The notes: generated by a model not told the origin, from the sequence alone. Positions 1 to 9,274 are shown, counted from the first letter of the stretch. The stretch is DNA of 64,000 nucleotides from an uncultured delta proteobacterium (GCA_963787125.1 CAWBBV010000009.1:1-64000), one strand, 5' to 3'. Program-made: numbers and translations.

Positions 1-1349
1 TCGGCGACCCGCTCGCTGCGCGCCGTTGCGGTGCTCCACCAGGTCGCGGTTGCGCTGCTGCGGATCGCTGGGGAGCGCCGGGTAGTCGGCCCCGGCAGCG
101 TAGGCGGCCTGGCGTCGATTCCGGCACGGCGACCGAACACGATCAGGTCACCGAGGCTGTTGGTACCGAGTCGGTTGGCACCGTGGAGACTGACGCAGCC
201 GACCTCACCGGCGGCATAGAGCCCAGGCACGATCGTGTTGGCGCCGTCGCTTATCACGTTGGTGTCGATGGTGGTGGGGATACCGCCCATGGCGTAGTGC
301 GCCGTCGGCTGCACCGGCACCTGCTCGCGGATCGGGTCGACCCCGAGGTAGATGGGCGAACTCGGTGATGTCGGGCAGGCGCGACTCGATCACCTCGGCG
401 TCGATGTGGGTCAGGTCGAGGTAGATGTAGTCCTTATCCGGTCCGGCGCCGCGCCCCTCGCGCATCTCGAGGTACATCGCCCGCGACACCATGTCGCGTG
501 GAGCGAGGTCCTTGATGGTGGGGGCGTAGCGCTCCATGAAACGCTCGCCGTCACCGTTGCGCAGGATGCCCCCCTCGCCACGGGCCCCCTCGGTGAGCAG
601 CACACCGATACGGTAGAGACCGGTGGGGTGGGCAACCTGTAGATGGGGTCCTCGATCGGCAGGCCCCGGCGGTAGATGATGCTCATGAGGTCGCCGGTGA
701 GGGCGTGGGCGTTGGAGGTGACCTTGAACATGCGGCCGTTGCCACCGGTGGCGATCACCGTCGCCTTGGCGTGGAAGGTGTGCAGCTCGCCTGTGGCCAG
801 CTCATAGGCCACCACACCGCGGCATTCCCCGTCCTCGACCAGCACGTCGAGCACGTGGAATTCGTCGAAGAACACCACGTTGTCCTTGATCGCCTGCTGG
901 TAGAGCGTCTGCAGGATCATGTGGCCGGTGCGATCGGCGGCGTAGCAGGCGCGTTCAACGGCGGACTTGCCACTCGCGGGCGTGGCCACCGAACTTGCGC
1001 TGCGCGATCCGCCCTTCGGGGGTACGTGAGAAAGGGGGCCCCATGTGTTCGAGCTCGTACACCGCCTCGATGACCTCGTCGGGCAAACACTTCGGCCACG
1101 TCCTGATCGGTGAGGTAGTCACCACCCTTGATGGTGTCGAACGCATGCCACTCGGGGTGGTCCTCGCTGACGTTGCCGAGCGCGGCCCCTATCCCCCCCG
1201 TGAGCTGCCCCGGTGTGTGAACGGGTCGGATAGAGCTTGCTGATCACCGCGACCGACACGTTCGGATTCTGAGCGGCGTAGCGGGCGGCCATGAGGCCGG
1301 CACCGCCGGCACCGACCACGAGCACGTCGTATCTGTGGGCCCTGTTCAC
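1..1349 (-). CDS. sdhA: Succinate dehydrogenase flavoprotein subunit, partial (runs off window start), several frameshifts
   Basis: Fragments across frames: [61 protein letters not shown] start near 1349. Confidence 0.9.
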
Positions 1350-1353
1350 GGTG

Positions 1354-1777
1354 TTACTCTCCCAGCTCTTGAATGGCTCGACCATCTCCTCGAACGAGAA
1401 GGCCCACAGCGTCATCACGCCCAGCACGAACACGATGCCGGCGACGGTGAACAGGATCGTCTTGGCCCAGAAGCGGCGGCCCGGGCGCTGGAACATGTCC
1501 TCGACGCTGTAGCGCAGCCCATTGGTGCCGTGCAGCAGGGCGGCGAGCCGAGCAGGAACGAGTCGTAGACCTTGACCCAGCCGCGTGAGAAACGTTTGGC
1601 GACGTAGGCGTAGTCGACCTCGCCGACGTTGACCTGGATGTTGTTGAAGAACACGTGCCCGAACACCAGGAAGATGAGCGCCAGACCGGAGATGCGCATG
1701 AACACCCACCACATCAGCTCCCAGTTGGTGCTGTAAACCGTCTTGGCATCCTGCAGGGTGCGCGGCTTGACAGCCAT
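1354..1777 (-). CDS. sdhD: Succinate dehydrogenase hydrophobic anchor subunit, frameshifted
   Basis: MAVKPRTLQDAK..NWELMWWVFMRISG..GH..DYAYVAKR..LHGTNGLRYSVED; resembles Thermus/Deinococcus SdhD; directly upstream of sdhA. Confidence 0.8.
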
Positions 1778-1778
1778 G

Positions 1779-1830
1779 TCAGCCCCCCCGGAAGATCTCG
1801 GGCACGACCTTGATGACGCCGACACTCCGG
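1779..1830 (-). other. Probable 3' tail of sdhC, cut at the chimeric junction
   Basis: VGVIKVVPEIFRGG-stop ends 1 nt before the sdhD ATG, where sdhC is expected. Confidence 0.45.
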
Positions 1831-2954
1831 GTTTGCTGGTCTGCGCCGTAGAGTCTGTCATGAATGAGGGGGGGCACAGCATCATCTCGGAGCTCAGTTC
1901 CTGGCAGCATGGCGGCACCAGCGGCATTGACCGCTACCGGCTCAGCATGACTCACCCCGGGGAGGGTGAGAGTTTCAGGTCTGTTGTCGTCAAGAGGAAA
2001 GCAAAGGATGAACAACTGGTTGCCACGGCAGGGCAGATTGCCGGCCTCTGCAGCGACAAGCTGGGGGAGGCCTTCCGGCGGTTCGGAGCGGACTTGGGCC
2101 TGGGCGGCAGCCATCTGCGGGAAATCGGTGTTTATCGGCAAAAGGACGAGCGCTTCCGTTGCCATGCGCCGGTGCTCTACGGGGCCCGCTCTGATAGCGA
2201 CCGGGCAGACTGGGCGCTTGTACTGGAAGATATCTCCGGGCTGGAGCTGCTCAACTCGGCAGAAAATTCAAACAGCTGGTGCCCGGAGCATATTGAGGCG
2301 GCCATCCACGGCCTCGCCGAGCTGCACTCCATCTGGTACTGCCGCGAGGATGAGCTGCAGGCCCGGCCCTGGCTCGGTAAATCGATTTCTGCCGACCGCC
2401 GGGAGGAGATGCACCCCTTATGGACGGCCCTTGCAGAAAACGCGGCAGCCCGCTTTGGGACGGTTATCGGCACAACAGCCCAAGAGCTGCAGAAACTTTT
2501 GCTGGCAGGGGTCCGCCTACGCCGGGATTATCTGGAGAGGTTGCCAAGGACCCTGATCCACAACGATTTCAATCCGCGCAATATCGCTTTCCGGCGGGAA
2601 GAGGGACGGCTACGTCTCTGCGCCTACGATTGGGAGCTTGCCACCCTTGGCGTGCCGCAACACGATCTTGCCGAGCTCCTCTGTTTCGTGCTGAGGCCGG
2701 GGGTAGAGCGGGCAGAGGTCAGCCACTACCTTGAGCTGCACCGCCTGGCCCTGGAAAAATCGGCAAAGTGCTCCATTGACCCCGGCGAGTGGGGTAGGGG
2801 GTTTCGCTATTCCCTCCATGAGCTTCTTTTAGATCGTTTTGCCCTGTACGCCATGATCGACCGATTTTGCCCGCAGCGGTTCCTGACGCGGGTTGTTGCC
2901 ACCTGGCATGGGCTTTACCAGTTATTCCCGGTTGACGAGGTACCATCACCATGA
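1822..2954 (+). CDS. APH/choline-kinase-like phosphotransferase, 5'-truncated
   Basis: VVVK, LVLEDI, LAELH, TLIHNDFNPRNI, YDWELA and DLAELL kinase-fold motifs; the computed start (1743) lies in sdh-derived DNA. Confidence 0.75.
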
Positions 2955-4186
2955 ACGTCCTTAAAGCCCGTTTGACCCTCTTTCTGCTCAAGCATCATCT
3001 CAGCGCCCTTATGGCCGGAGAGCTGACCGTTTCCCAGGTAAGCCGCTCCCTGAAAAAGCAGTTGCTGGTGTCAGCCCAGTTTCGTGATGCCAAGTACTCA
3101 CAGGTCGGTAAGAAAATCTTTATCGACCCCTTTGCCCCCTATTTCCCAAGTAGCTATTGCAGCAAGCTGTTCAGCAACAACACGGCGGAGTCGTTCCCCC
3201 CCAAACCCAATTTTGCCCAGATTTCCATCACCAACCGGTGTCCCTGCCACTGCGTCCATTGCCATGTGGTCAACACTCAGGACGCCGATCTTCCAAAGGA
3301 GGTCATTCTTGAGACAATTGAGCAGATCGCTCAGGCAGACTTCCCGCTGCTTTTCTTTGTGGGGGGGGAGCCGCTGCTGCGCTTCGACGATCTGCTTGAA
3401 TTTGTCACGTTGGCACGAAAAAGCATGGACACCCGCATTTTCACCTCCGGCGTCGGCGCCAGCCGGGAGCGGCTGCAGGCGCTGCGTACAGCCGGGTTGG
3501 AGGGGATCTGTGTCAGTCTGGATCATCACAATGAAGCGGCACACAACAGCAAACGGGGCTGCTCCACAGCCTTCAGGGACGCCTGTGCCACCATCCGGGA
3601 GGCTGTTGCTCTCGGGTTTTATGTCTCCGTCGTCTGCTGCACCACAAGTTCCATGGTGAGGTCAGGCGACACCTTCAAGGTCGTTGCTCTGGCAGAATCA
3701 TTGGGGGCTCACTCCATCCAGCTCAACGAGATCAGGCCGGTGGGGAATGCGCTTGTGTCGGAAGGTTACGATTTTTTCCTGACAGAGGCTGACAAGACAG
3801 CCTTGATCAGCTTCTATTGCCAGGCCAACAGAAGTAAACGCCCCATCGCCATAGTCATGCCCTGGTACAATGAGGAGCCTGACAAGTTCGGCTGCACCGC
3901 CACCTCTGCCCAGCAGGCCTACATTGATGCCAAAGGGAATGTGCAGCCCTGTCCGCTGTTGAAAGTCGGGCTGGGGAACATTACAACGGAGAGTTTCCGC
4001 AGTATCTGGGAAAACTTCAGATCCCGCTCCGGGCATCCGGTCCGGGAGTGCATCGTTCATCGCCTCGCCGCCGAGTTGAGCGCTTCAAAGGAACTGCCTC
4101 TGCCGGTACAACGAACCTATGAACTCTGGCCGGAAATCTGCCGGATAGAAGCAACCGATCTGTTCAAACGGTTAAAAGACATATAA
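2951..4186 (+). CDS. Radical SAM protein with SPASM/twitch domain
   Basis: CPCHCVHC, GGEPLL, C-terminal GC...YIDAKGNVQPC; ATGA overlap with the upstream kinase. Confidence 0.9.
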   Translation: MNVLKARLTLFLLKHHLSALMAGELTVSQVSRSLKKQLLVSAQFRDAKYSQVGKKIFIDPFAPYFPSSYCSKLFSNNTAESFPPKPNFAQISITNRCPCHCVHCHVVNTQDADLPKEVILETIEQIAQADFPLLFFVGGEPLLRFDDLLEFVTLARKSMDTRIFTSGVGASRERLQALRTAGLEGICVSLDHHNEAAHNSKRGCSTAFRDACATIREAVALGFYVSVVCCTTSSMVRSGDTFKVVALAESLGAHSIQLNEIRPVGNALVSEGYDFFLTEADKTALISFYCQANRSKRPIAIVMPWYNEEPDKFGCTATSAQQAYIDAKGNVQPCPLLKVGLGNITTESFRSIWENFRSRSGHPVRECIVHRLAAELSASKELPLPVQRTYELWPEICRIEATDLFKRLKDI

Positions 4187-4197
4187 AAGGAGGAGTC

Positions 4198-4515
4198 ATG
4201 CACAACAAGTACAATCTGGGCCTGAGGGCTGGAGTAGATTTCACGGTAAAGCGCAACCACTGGCTGCCGGAAAAGCTCAACGTCCCTGCTATTGCCTTTG
4301 GCAGAACCCTCTATCTAATGGGGGCTGAAGGGCGCATCCCTCATCATGAATTCCTCCATATTGCCCAATTCCACAAATTCGGTGTTATCAGGGTAGTCTG
4401 CCACTACCTGCTCCATCTGACAAAAAACTATCGTCGCCTGGGGGATTTCGGTGAGTCATTCCGCGAGGTCCCTTTTGAAAAGGAAGCACGGGCTTATGAA
4501 GCAGGTTTGGGGTGA
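4198..4515 (+). CDS. Small HEXXH zincin-like protein (DUF4157-like)
   Basis: HEFLH and PFEKEA motifs; strong SD AGGAGG. Confidence 0.65.
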   Translation: MHNKYNLGLRAGVDFTVKRNHWLPEKLNVPAIAFGRTLYLMGAEGRIPHHEFLHIAQFHKFGVIRVVCHYLLHLTKNYRRLGDFGESFREVPFEKEARAYEAGLG

Positions 4516-4619
4516 TGCCGCCTGAGCGGGGATCGAGTCGCAGGGCGTGAGGGAGTGTAATTACATCCCAGCCGATTCGTTCCTGAAATGATGCCCAATA
4601 CTCTGTAACCGAGGAGCAC

Positions 4620-5219
4620 ATGATCTGCCATCATAAATCGAGATGCAAACAGCTGCTGGGGGCTGCGCTGCTGATAGCAGCAGTAACTTTTTCCGCATAC
4701 GCCGCCTCCGGCATGGAAAACGTCGGTCAGGCCGTTACCCTGCCCGCCACCGCTCGCTCCTCCGAGCGGATCTACAACCTCCCCGGCCTTGGCAACGTGG
4801 GGAGGGTAGCACCGGGTGTGCTGCGCGGTGCAGAGGTCAGTAAGGAGGGTTATGCCACCCTCAAGGCCATGGGGGTGAAGACGGTGATCGATATGCGCAC
4901 CTCGGCTAATGAACAACAGGAGGTGGAGACAGCCGGAATGAAGGCGGTTGCCATCCCCATAAAGATGAGTCGGGACGGGCTGCAGGAGAATGTGGACAGG
5001 GTTGTGGCGCTCATGGCCGATCCTGCCAATCAGCCGGTTTACGTGCACTGCCGCCATGGCCAGGATCGCACCGGTATTGTCGTCGCCGCCTTCCGGATGA
5101 AGCAGCAAGGGTGGAGTCTGGCCGAGGCGGAGGCGGAGATGCAGGCGTTCGGCTTCAATAATATCTGGATAAATTTCAAAAAGTTCATCCGCCAGTACGG
5201 GGCGCGGCTGCAGCGTTAG
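4620..5219 (+). CDS. Exported tyrosine/dual-specificity phosphatase family protein
   Basis: VHCRHGQDRTG P-loop, GVKTVIDMR; signal-peptide-like N-terminus (AYA). Confidence 0.85.
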   Translation: MICHHKSRCKQLLGAALLIAAVTFSAYAASGMENVGQAVTLPATARSSERIYNLPGLGNVGRVAPGVLRGAEVSKEGYATLKAMGVKTVIDMRTSANEQQEVETAGMKAVAIPIKMSRDGLQENVDRVVALMADPANQPVYVHCRHGQDRTGIVVAAFRMKQQGWSLAEAEAEMQAFGFNNIWINFKKFIRQYGARLQR

Positions 5220-5264
5220 TTTGTTGAATGCCCTTCGCTTCGAGCTTCGTCCGCTGGAGGTTGC

Positions 5265-5400
5265 AGCATGGTGAGCGTGTTCGGCAGGCAAAGCGAAATT
5301 CGAGGCAGTTGCCGGGGTGTTGAGTGCTCAAGGTTTTATCTGGGAAATCGGCGACTGCTGGGTGTTTCCAAGAGAAGCTTCGTTGCCTGGGCGGGAAAAA
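5265..5400 (+). repeat. Non-coding direct repeat, copy 1
   Basis: Core 5265-5333 aligns with 6991-7060 (about 9 mismatches and 1 gap by eye); weaker similarity continues. Confidence 0.85.
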
Positions 5401-5549
5401 GATGATGTTGGCAAAACAAGAACGGCATAATCCCACCAATATCAATTCAATGTATTCATATAGCCCCGCTGAATAAATAATAATATATTGTAAATACAAT
5501 TAATTACGAGTATTTTATATATTCATTATCTATTCAAAAGGCCCTCACC

Positions 5550-6989
5550 ATGCGAGCCAGTAATCCAGAAAATCCTGACCGTCTTCTATCCTTCCTGGGT
5601 ACGGGAGTATATTCCGCACCGGAAATTCAGCAGCGCTTCCGCCTCAGCCAGCCGACCGTTTCCCGCTTACTGGCGCAACTGGGTGACAGAATAGCAATTA
5701 TCGGGAACGCCCGGGCACGGCGCTACACGAAAATACGTGACGTCCGGGGCCTTGGCGGGGAATTTCCGCTTTTTAAAATTGACACCGAAGGCAATGCTCA
5801 CCTGATTGGAACGCTATACGCTGTTGCCCGGGATCATTTTCTCTGGAAACCATTAGCCCAGATAAACTGGATAAGTGCGATAACGAATTTATTTTCTGTC
5901 GGAAAAACGCAGAAAATAAATTCTAACTTACTAAATGCTCGTGAACAACTATTCCGCAGCCTTCCCTGGTTCATTGCCGACCTCCACCCGGAAGGCTTTG
6001 TCGGCCGCGCTTTCGTGCGCCAATTACATGAGGAATTTGGTCTTCCTGCTCGCAGTGTTGACTGGAATGAAGATCATGTTTTATCCGCACTGGTGCGTAG
6101 AAGTGAAGACACCATGGGGAATCTGGTCATCGGCAGGGAATCCATTGAGAGATACTTTCGCCTGGTTCGCCAGTTGCCCACGCCGATTCGGGAAAATGCC
6201 ATTGCCGACATCTATCCGCGGTTTGCCCAGGAGGCCGTAGACGGCCAGCCAGCAGGATCATCAGCGGGTGGAGAACAACCCAAATTTACCGCCATCATCG
6301 AGCGAGGAGGAGTAGTTCAAAACGTACTGGTCAAGTTTTCTCCTCCTGTTACCACTATTGAGGGCCGACGCTGGGCTGATCTTCTTATCTGTGAACATCA
6401 TGCCCTGGATGCTGTCCAAAACTCAGGCATCAGCGCAGCCCAAAGCAACATAATAGAAGCTGGTGGCCGGGTTTTTCTGGAGGTGGTTCGCTTCGATAGA
6501 ACCGGACTTCTGGGGCGTCTGCCGATAATATCATTACGAGCGCTAGGCAATGAATTTTATGGTTTTCAGGACAACTGGGTTAATGCTGCCAACAGAATGG
6601 CTAAAGATGGCAGGTTGTCACTAGAGGATGCCGGTTCACTCCGGTGGCTCTCGGTTTTTGGCAGCCTGATCGGCAACAATGATCAGCACTTTGGCAATGT
6701 CTCTTTGATTACGCTTGATGACAGCAGTCAATACAGGCTTGCTCCTGCCTATGATGTGCTGCCAATGGTTTACAGGCCAGCGGATGGGTCAGTCCCATCA
6801 CGGACACTCACTCTGCCCGCGGTTGTCCCCGGCGCCCCTGACGAATGGCCCTCAGCACTAGAAAGGGCCAGCCAATTCTGGAGCCAAACAAAATCTGACA
6901 TCCGTATTTCTGAACAATTCCGGCTGATTTGTGCAGAAAACTACAAATTGGTAAATGGATTATTTGCCGGACCACGTTTGTTCGCGTAA
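5550..6989 (+). CDS. yjjJ: HipA-family Ser/Thr kinase toxin, YjjJ type (N-terminal HTH)
   Basis: SQPTVSR HTH, LPWF..PEGFVGR, GSSAGGEQPKF, RFDR, IGNNDQHFGN, LAPAYDVLPM. Confidence 0.85.
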   Translation: MRASNPENPDRLLSFLGTGVYSAPEIQQRFRLSQPTVSRLLAQLGDRIAIIGNARARRYTKIRDVRGLGGEFPLFKIDTEGNAHLIGTLYAVARDHFLWKPLAQINWISAITNLFSVGKTQKINSNLLNAREQLFRSLPWFIADLHPEGFVGRAFVRQLHEEFGLPARSVDWNEDHVLSALVRRSEDTMGNLVIGRESIERYFRLVRQLPTPIRENAIADIYPRFAQEAVDGQPAGSSAGGEQPKFTAIIERGGVVQNVLVKFSPPVTTIEGRRWADLLICEHHALDAVQNSGISAAQSNIIEAGGRVFLEVVRFDRTGLLGRLPIISLRALGNEFYGFQDNWVNAANRMAKDGRLSLEDAGSLRWLSVFGSLIGNNDQHFGNVSLITLDDSSQYRLAPAYDVLPMVYRPADGSVPSRTLTLPAVVPGAPDEWPSALERASQFWSQTKSDIRISEQFRLICAENYKLVNGLFAGPRLFA

Positions 6990-6990
6990 A

Positions 6991-7118
6991 AGCATGGCGT
7001 GCGGCGTTCGGCAGGCAAGACGAAACTTGAGGCTGTTGCCGGGGTGTTGAGCGCTCAAGGGCTGATGTGGGGAGTGGGTGGTCTCATGAGGAGATTCGTT
7101 GCCGGAACGGAAAAATTT
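6991..7118 (+). repeat. Non-coding direct repeat, copy 2
   Basis: See copy 1; begins 1 nt after the yjjJ stop. Confidence 0.85.
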
Positions 7119-7318
7119 GCATAAGGAATGTAATGATATCGGCAGAGTAACCTGACTTCGCACGTGCGAAGTTTTGGGTGTTTTAATGTTTTCGTGTGTG
7201 GTACAAGCAGGCTGTTGGCTTTTTATGAGCAGAGTCTAAATGTTCCATTTGGGAAGATCATTGGTTCACGCGCGCACGTGAAACGGTCAATAAGGATGTT
7301 CGACACTATGAGAAATGA

Positions 7319-7960
7319 ATGAAAAAAACCTTTACAATCATCGCTTTGCTGGTTTGGCCGTTGTACCTAAACGATCTGTACCTCATTGCCTTGGGCAACA
7401 CCCGACTCGGCCTTCTTTGGACGCTGGATGTTGTGTTTTTCATGCTCATTCCCGTGGCGACCTTGGTGTGGCTTTTCAAAAGCGAGATAATTTCCCTCCA
7501 AGAGATCGGACTCGCCTTACCTCCTAAGATAGTTTCAATTCTCGCAGGTTTTGGTTTGTGCGCTCTATTAATCGTCCTGTTCGAATGGAATCTTCATCCG
7601 TGGATTGAAAGTCTGCTTCCTTGGAAACTCTTCTCTGGATACGATTTCCCAAAACAGCAACCACTACGCGGTTTCGTTATAGCATATGCGGTTGTGTCGG
7701 CAGGATTTCTGGAGGAGATTATGTTTCGCGGAGTTGTCATAAGTCAGTTGATGAAGAATGGCAAGTCTGCAGTCTTTGCTGTTGTTATTAGTTGCCTCAT
7801 CTTCGCAGGTGCTCATTGGGGAGAGGGTTTTGGAAAACTCGTATGGACCGCATTATGGGGGATTGCCCCTGCAATCTGGTTCGTGAGATCGAAAAACCTC
7901 TGGGGACCAATTACCTGCCATACAACCTACTTATTCTTAATCTACATGAGAATGGTATAA
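7319..7960 (+). CDS. CPBP/CAAX (Abi) family intramembrane glutamic protease
   Basis: EEIMFRG, FAGAH, H..Y motifs; multiple transmembrane segments. Confidence 0.85.
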   Translation: MKKTFTIIALLVWPLYLNDLYLIALGNTRLGLLWTLDVVFFMLIPVATLVWLFKSEIISLQEIGLALPPKIVSILAGFGLCALLIVLFEWNLHPWIESLLPWKLFSGYDFPKQQPLRGFVIAYAVVSAGFLEEIMFRGVVISQLMKNGKSAVFAVVISCLIFAGAHWGEGFGKLVWTALWGIAPAIWFVRSKNLWGPITCHTTYLFLIYMRMV

Positions 7961-7963
7961 AGA

Positions 7964-8016
7964 GTCGAACCACGGGGTACTGCGGTGAAACCCGCAGACC
8001 CCTTGAGCCGTTGCCT
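7964..8016 (+). mobile_element. Degenerate attC-like site
   Basis: GTCGAAC, 5-nt spacer, GGTACTGC ... GCAGACC (one extra base in the left arm), then GTT; GTCGAAC is the exact complement of GTTCGAC at 7298-7304. Confidence 0.5.
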
Positions 8017-8025
8017 TATGAAGGG

Positions 8026-8298
8026 TCAGGCGTGCTTCATCGGATGGTCCTTCATCCATTCCCTTAGTGCCTCGTTCATGCGGGTCTGCCAACCTTTACC
8101 CGTGGCTTTAAATGCTGCGAGGATGTCCAAATCAAAACGGACTGTTTGCGAAGCCTTAGTCTGACCAGTCGGACGACCCCGGCGGACAAGTTTGGCGCCT
8201 TGCATAAGATCTGCTTTTTCAAACCAAGTGTCGGTCAGTTCCGGAGCATCGTCCGGATCAACCAAGGTGTTTTTTGTAACGGCTGATTTCGCGGTCAT
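8026..8298 (-). CDS. brnA: BrnA family antitoxin
   Basis: DPDDAPEL, RGRP, FKATGKGWQTRMNEALR. Confidence 0.9.
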   Translation of the reverse strand: MTAKSAVTKNTLVDPDDAPELTDTWFEKADLMQGAKLVRRGRPTGQTKASQTVRFDLDILAAFKATGKGWQTRMNEALREWMKDHPMKHA

Positions 8299-8531
8299 TG
8301 GCGTACCTCATGGAAATAATTCGGCGAGCGTCGTTTCTCGGAGTCCAGACAATAACAACCATCCGGCTGTCCAATAGCCCAACTGTGAAAAAACGCTCCT
8401 CGCCGTAATCAGAACGATCATCGCGAGCGATAAAGTGAAGTCCAGTCAAAAACCTTGTCGGAATCAGCAAAATCAAGACCACGCTCCAACAAGGTCTTTT
8501 CTCTTTTCGCAGTATCGAACTCAATGATCAT
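8258..8531 (-). CDS. brnT: BrnT family toxin (one frameshift in the A-run at 8448-8452, probably an error)
   Basis: MIIEFDTAKREKTLLERGLDFAD joined to DYGEERF..VWTPR..RRIISMRYANDRE. Confidence 0.85.
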
Positions 8532-8537
8532 AGATTT

Positions 8538-8566
8538 AACGTAACAACAATAAACCGTTCTGTCAA
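8538..8566 (-). promoter_or_regulatory. sigma70 promoter of brnTA
   Basis: TTGACA-17 nt-TACGTT, ending 6 nt before the ATG. Confidence 0.6.
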
Positions 8567-8676
8567 TATTAAATGTTACAACATAAAAGTGGCAAAATAT
8601 ATCGTGAAATATCTTGCCTTATTTACATGCACGGCATAGCATATGCGTGTATTCTATGCGCATAAGGAGGGCTGGC

Positions 8677-8925
8677 ATGCAACTTGGTTTGTTTAACGCA
8701 AATGCACCAAAGAAAAACACTAACCTGAGTATTAACAGCGATCTTCTGCAGCAGGCAAAAGATCATCACATTAATCTCTCCCAAGCATTGGAGTTGCGTC
8801 TTGCCGAAATATTACGGGAAGAGAAACGGCGCGATTGGCTGGAGCAGAATAAGGAAGCTATTGAAGCATATAATTTACGCATTGAAACCCGTGGAGTTTT
8901 CAGTGACGGCCTGAGGCAGTTCTGA
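8677..8925 (+). CDS. ccdA: CcdA family antitoxin
   Basis: KKNTNLSINSDLL..INLS..WLEQNKEAIEAYN..G.FSD; SD AAGGAGG before ATG 8677. Confidence 0.9.
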   Translation: MQLGLFNANAPKKNTNLSINSDLLQQAKDHHINLSQALELRLAEILREEKRRDWLEQNKEAIEAYNLRIETRGVFSDGLRQF

Positions 8926-9239
8926 TGGCACAGTTCGATGTGTATTTGAATCCAAATCCCGAAACAAATCAATCAATCCCCTATCTGCTTGACGTCCAGG
9001 CTGACCTTTTGAGTAATCTTGCAACCCGCGTGGTAGTGCCGCTCTTTTCTGCTTCAGCCATGGGTAAGGCAATAAATCATCTAAACCCGTCTTTTTCTGT
9101 AAAACGAACCAAAGTAATAATGTCGACCGCCGAACTGGCCGGAGTTACGGTCAAAAGTCTTGGCGAAAAAATCTGCTCTTTCAAGGAGCATAGAAGCGAG
9201 ATTATTGCCGCCCTTGATTTTTTGACCACCGGTTTTTGA
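8925..9239 (+). CDS. ccdB: CcdB family toxin
   Basis: MAQFDVY.N, PYLLDVQADLL, TRVVVPL, IIAALDFL.TGF. Confidence 0.9.
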   Translation: MAQFDVYLNPNPETNQSIPYLLDVQADLLSNLATRVVVPLFSASAMGKAINHLNPSFSVKRTKVIMSTAELAGVTVKSLGEKICSFKEHRSEIIAALDFLTTGF

Positions 9240-9274
9240 TAGTTGGAGTTGCCACAGCCAAAGGAATAACCACA

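Noticed and set aside
1119..1777. Apparent SdhD-SdhA fusion ORF
   Set aside because: A TAA lies at 1354-1356 in an adjacent frame in an indel-rich stretch, so the fusion is most likely an artefact.
8575..8640. Another attC after brnTA (CAAC...GGCAA/TTGCC hairpin)
   Set aside because: There is no GTT core at the expected position; promoter/operator DNA of the divergent TA operons explains it better.
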